Positions 32,660 to 36,056 of a stretch of 36,056 nt of DNA are shown piece after piece. The translations under genes and the position numbers were made by a program. The stretch spans positions 1,245,475 through 1,281,530 of the forward strand of contig RDEW01000003.1 of the NCBI GenBank assembly GCA_011109175.1, written 5' to 3'. Numbering within the stretch: position 1 is the stretch's first letter; every line of letters begins with the position of its first letter. Origin of the DNA: Dicyema japonicum. Taxonomy: Eukaryota > Animalia > Dicyemida. The notes beneath the pieces are model-generated. The model searched no databases. It was not told the origin of the DNA and worked only from the letters and a program-made list of their open reading frames with translations.

Positions 32660-33757
32660 ATGGACACCTCACTGCGTCATAAAATCCGCGATTTGAAAAA
32701 GTTGAGTTTTTTTTCTAATACGCAGTGAAAGCATTAAAATAACGTACATAAAAAGCAACAAAAGTAACCAAAAGGAAGAAATTGAACTCACACTCTCAGA
32801 AAAGGGAAAGATTGGATCTCAGTTGCTCGACATTTTCAGTGAGATCAAAGGATCCGATAACAGCCTTGAACGGAAAGTCACAACATTCTTTGACGTTGAT
32901 GAAGTCAATGGCAACGACAAAGTAGATAATTCTGAAATTCCGGTTTTTGCCGTGTTTTACCGATAGAATGATGTAAAACAGGTTTCTTATTTTGTGTGCC
33001 GACCAAAAAAGCAATTTTCATACGAATTGGAATCCGACAGAAACCGGGTATCTATGCTCCGTAAGAAATTTGAAAATTTCGAAATCGCGCCGTTTGTCCC
33101 GAAAAAGTCACAATTTTCAGATTCTCCCCAAAATGATGAAAGTGACCCCTTTAACTTTGACGGAATATTGGATCCTAAAATCTACACATTGGAAGAAAAA
33201 ATCGAGGACAAGAAGCTCACACAAAAGTTTAAAAACTACAAAATCCCTGAAAAGTCGCACGAAACTCAATCAAAAATGGATAATCTGGAAGACGTCCACC
33301 TTGACAACTCAGTCTCTAAGGGCCGCCAATTGTCGATAGTTTACGTCAAAGACACCAAGAAACAACAAAAAGAGAATAAATCAAAAAATAAAAAACTCAT
33401 TCAAGATCAAAGCCATTTGAAGGTCCTCAAAGAGCAACCTCTGATGGTCGAGAAAGTCAGGAGATGGCCTTTGAGGAAATCAATACTTGAGTACCACTTC
33501 AGGACGCCTCTGCCGAAGGACAAAAATAGTAAAACCCTTAAATTTTACTTAGACAAAACTCTGAAGAAATATATGGTTCGGTTCGTTCTGGGAAGTCAGG
33601 GACAATCCGACGATCTAAGGAGTTGATGCCTTTTTTATTTTCAGATAGCAAAGCGATTTTTTACGTCAAAAACGAAGATGTTGGTTCGCAGGAACAACAT
33701 GATAGTCCAGTCATGAATTCTGTTTCATACCAGAAGTGTTCGTTTTTTGTAATATAA
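32660..33757 (+). CDS. Orphan K/S/D/E-rich protein (about 340 aa), spliced
   Basis: ATG at 32660; introns at 32701-32725, 32943-32966, 33622-33644 and possibly 33529-33552 link long open exons, including the 210-aa ORF, to TAA at 33755-33757. No family recognised. Confidence 0.7.
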
Positions 33758-34622
33758 ATGCTGATTTTAGAATAAAAATATAGACGATCCAGTCGTTCAA
33801 ATTTACAAAAACGTATTTTTTGAGTTTCCTTATTTTAGAGATTGGAGATGATACCTAGACGAAGACTTTAATTCAAATTTATACAAATTTACTACTTTTT
33901 TAGTTTAATTTATGTTTTTTATTAATATTTTTTATTCACAAATATTTTACAAACGAATACTCGAATTTATTGATTTTTTTAGAATCAATAGCTTTTCATA
34001 ATCAACCTACAAGACAACCTCCTCTAAGATATTTTTACAAAATACCTCAAAAATCACCCGAGATAAATGAAGACCCGATTACGCTTCAAGATGCTTGTCC
34101 CCGACGGTTCAGTCTCTCCCTTGTTGGTGTGGATTCACTTTGATGGGATATTCTGTCTTTTTTAACGCAGCTATCCCTAAGCAATAATAAATAAACTTCG
34201 ATGAGAAATTAAACCATAAAATATTTCATTCCGTTTGAATTCTCAAATTGTTATTTTTTCCTATCCGTCTTTAGTTGCTAAATAGCACGTGACTAGTCGT
34301 AGATTTGTTGGCGACATACCTCTACTGCGTGTCTATTTAGCTTCTTGGTGGATGAAGGTAGTATCCGTTTTTTTTCAAATTATCCACAACATTAACAAAA
34401 TATAATTTACATCATTTTAATTTTTGATAATATAAATTTCATTGAATTAAAATTTCGATTAAACAGAAAAACGTTACTAAATGAATTTTTCCTGTTGATT
34501 TTCGGGACGCATTCATCGTGATCTCCTGATCCTTTGACGACTCTTCAATTGGCAATTGCCGCAAAAACATGACGTTCTAGATTTGTGGTTTTTAACGGCG
34601 CTGGGATTTTAATTTATAAATA

Positions 34623-35190
34623 CAGTAAACCTTCATTAATCCGAACTTCAATAATCCGAATTTATTCGTTGAGTCAGCAAAATTTTACCAAGTTTCCTTA
34701 TAAACAGGCTTCAATAAACCGAAACTTCATAATCCGCAATCCAAAAAAAATTTATTAAAAATTTCGGATTAATTTGTTTTGTTTTTATTGTACATGCAAA
34801 TTAATTTACATTTTAAATTTAAAATCTTACAATGCAACATGGTTAGAAAGAGGACCGAATTTTCTATTGCACTGAAAAGAAAGATTTCAAAAAATTCTCC
34901 GAGAAAATGAATATCCCATATCTGCGAAATAAAAATTAAACTTTATTTGAAAATTTCGAAACTCAAAAATTTTTAAAAACAGTGAAACACTGGAAAACTG
35001 TGAACTTGAAAATTCGCTTGTTAAATGGATTTCAAGGGTGGATGCAATCAATGGTGTTATTACTGAAGATAGCATCATTTCTAAAGCAAAAGTATTTGGT
35101 GAAAATGTTGAATCAATAATCTGTTGAATCAACAGATTCAAAGGAAGATTAAATCTTGAACAAAAAGTTCTTCACGTAGGAACCAAAAAA
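34623..35190 (+). mobile_element. pogo/Tigger-like transposon: left TIR plus decayed CENP-B-type HTH transposase N-terminus
   Basis: TA plus CAGTAAACCTTCATTAATCCGAAC; MVRKRTEFSIALKRKI at 34839; LVKWISRVDAINGVITEDSIISKAKVFG...INRFKGRLNL resembles the Tc5/CENP-B HTH domain. Confidence 0.7.
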
Positions 35191-35568
35191 GCTTGACATA
35201 AGATGAAATTAATTTGAATAGAAAAATATGATTGATAAGTTAAAAGAAGTGAATGAAACTGGAATTTTTTTTCAATCTTTCCCTTTTAGAACAATTTAAT
35301 ACAAAAGATAAGCATAAANNNNNNNNNNNNNNNAAAAAAGTTTGACACAAGATGAAATTAATTTGAATAAAAAAATATGATTGATAAGTTAAAAGAAGTG
35401 AATGAAACTGGAATTTTTTTTCAATCTTTCCCTTTTAGAACAATTTAATACAAAAGATAAGCATAAATCAATCAAAAGTGAGAATCAATATAGCAACTAG
35501 AACAATAAAAACTAAACCTTTCGTTATTTGGCAAGTCAAAGATCAAGATGTTTAAAAGATTTTGACTT

Positions 35569-35848
35569 AGAACTTATTTACTGTGCAAATAAAAGGGTTC
35601 GGATGACAAGGATGACAAGGTTTTTTAGGGTTTCTTAGCGATAAATTAAAAGTTTTTATAAAGGGAAAAAAAGGATAAACGGTTATACAGCGGCTGCCCT
35701 GATTGCGTAGAACTTATTTACTATGCAAATAAAAGGGTTCGGATGACAAGGATGACAAGGTTTTTTAGGTTATCTTAGCGATAAATTAAAAGTTTTTATA
35801 AAGGGAAAAAAAGGATAAACGGTTATATAGCGGCTTCCCTGATTGCGT
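35569..35848. repeat. 140-bp tandem duplication covering the 3' end of the CRE-like element
   Basis: Units start at 35569 and 35709 and differ by a few substitutions; no n between them. Confidence 0.8.
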
Positions 35849-36056
35849 GGTTATTTTCTCTCAGGATGGCGAGCGAGATTGGCTCAAATAACCGCAGAGC
35901 TCACGAGAGTCTCCTGTTCTTGTAGCGATCCGATTCATTAGACGACTCAAGAATTCCAGCGTCGCAGGCGCAAGAGAACCAGAAGTCTCAACGGCAAGTG
36001 GAACAAACAAAAAATCCTTTTGTAGGACAGCGTACTTTTCCCCTTTCATCTTCTTG
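35824..36056 (-). mobile_element. CRE-like non-LTR retrotransposon, 3' coding end
   Basis: EKYAVLQKDFLFVPLAVETSGSLAPATLEFLSRLMNRIATRTGDSRELCGYL, then a frameshift to ISLAILRENNHAIRE. Confidence 0.75.

Noticed and set aside
34000-34575. Possible minus-strand gene starting MFLRQLPIEESSKDQE
   Set aside because: The first exon is plausible, but downstream exons could not be joined without stops.
1-36056. CRISPR arrays, rRNA genes, prokaryotic operons or defence systems
   Set aside because: No regularly spaced repeat-spacer structure, no rRNA-like sequence, and the gene structure is eukaryotic.

Overview
AT-rich eukaryotic nuclear scaffold from a draft assembly. It has three N-gaps and ten single-n joins, each flanked by a near-identical duplication that is probably an unmerged contig overlap or haplotype. 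It is not prokaryotic: no operons, rRNA or CRISPR were seen. Host genes are broken by extremely short spliceosomal introns (21 of 22 inferred introns are 22-26 nt), so the ORF track misses most of them. Hand-splicing gives OSTF1-like (minus) head-to-head with ZC2HC1A-like (plus), a cathepsin L-like protease (3' half), REXO4 and an orphan gene of about 340 aa. The genes and intron sizes suggest a reduced tiny-intron animal such as a dicyemid or myxozoan; this is inference and unverified. Intergenic DNA is full of decayed RTE-like and CRE-like non-LTR retrotransposons, pogo/Tigger-like and hAT-like DNA elements and an unclassified repeat. Best leads: (1) a tRNA-headed SINE family with four copies, one full length with a 13-bp target-site duplication and a tail resembling the 3' end of a local RTE LINE; (2) two paralogous 49-50 aa secreted micropeptide genes; (3) micro-introns with very weak donors, including two GC-AG; (4) an intronless ORF resembling the C-terminus of BAHD acyltransferases. 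All family calls are by eye, with no database searches.
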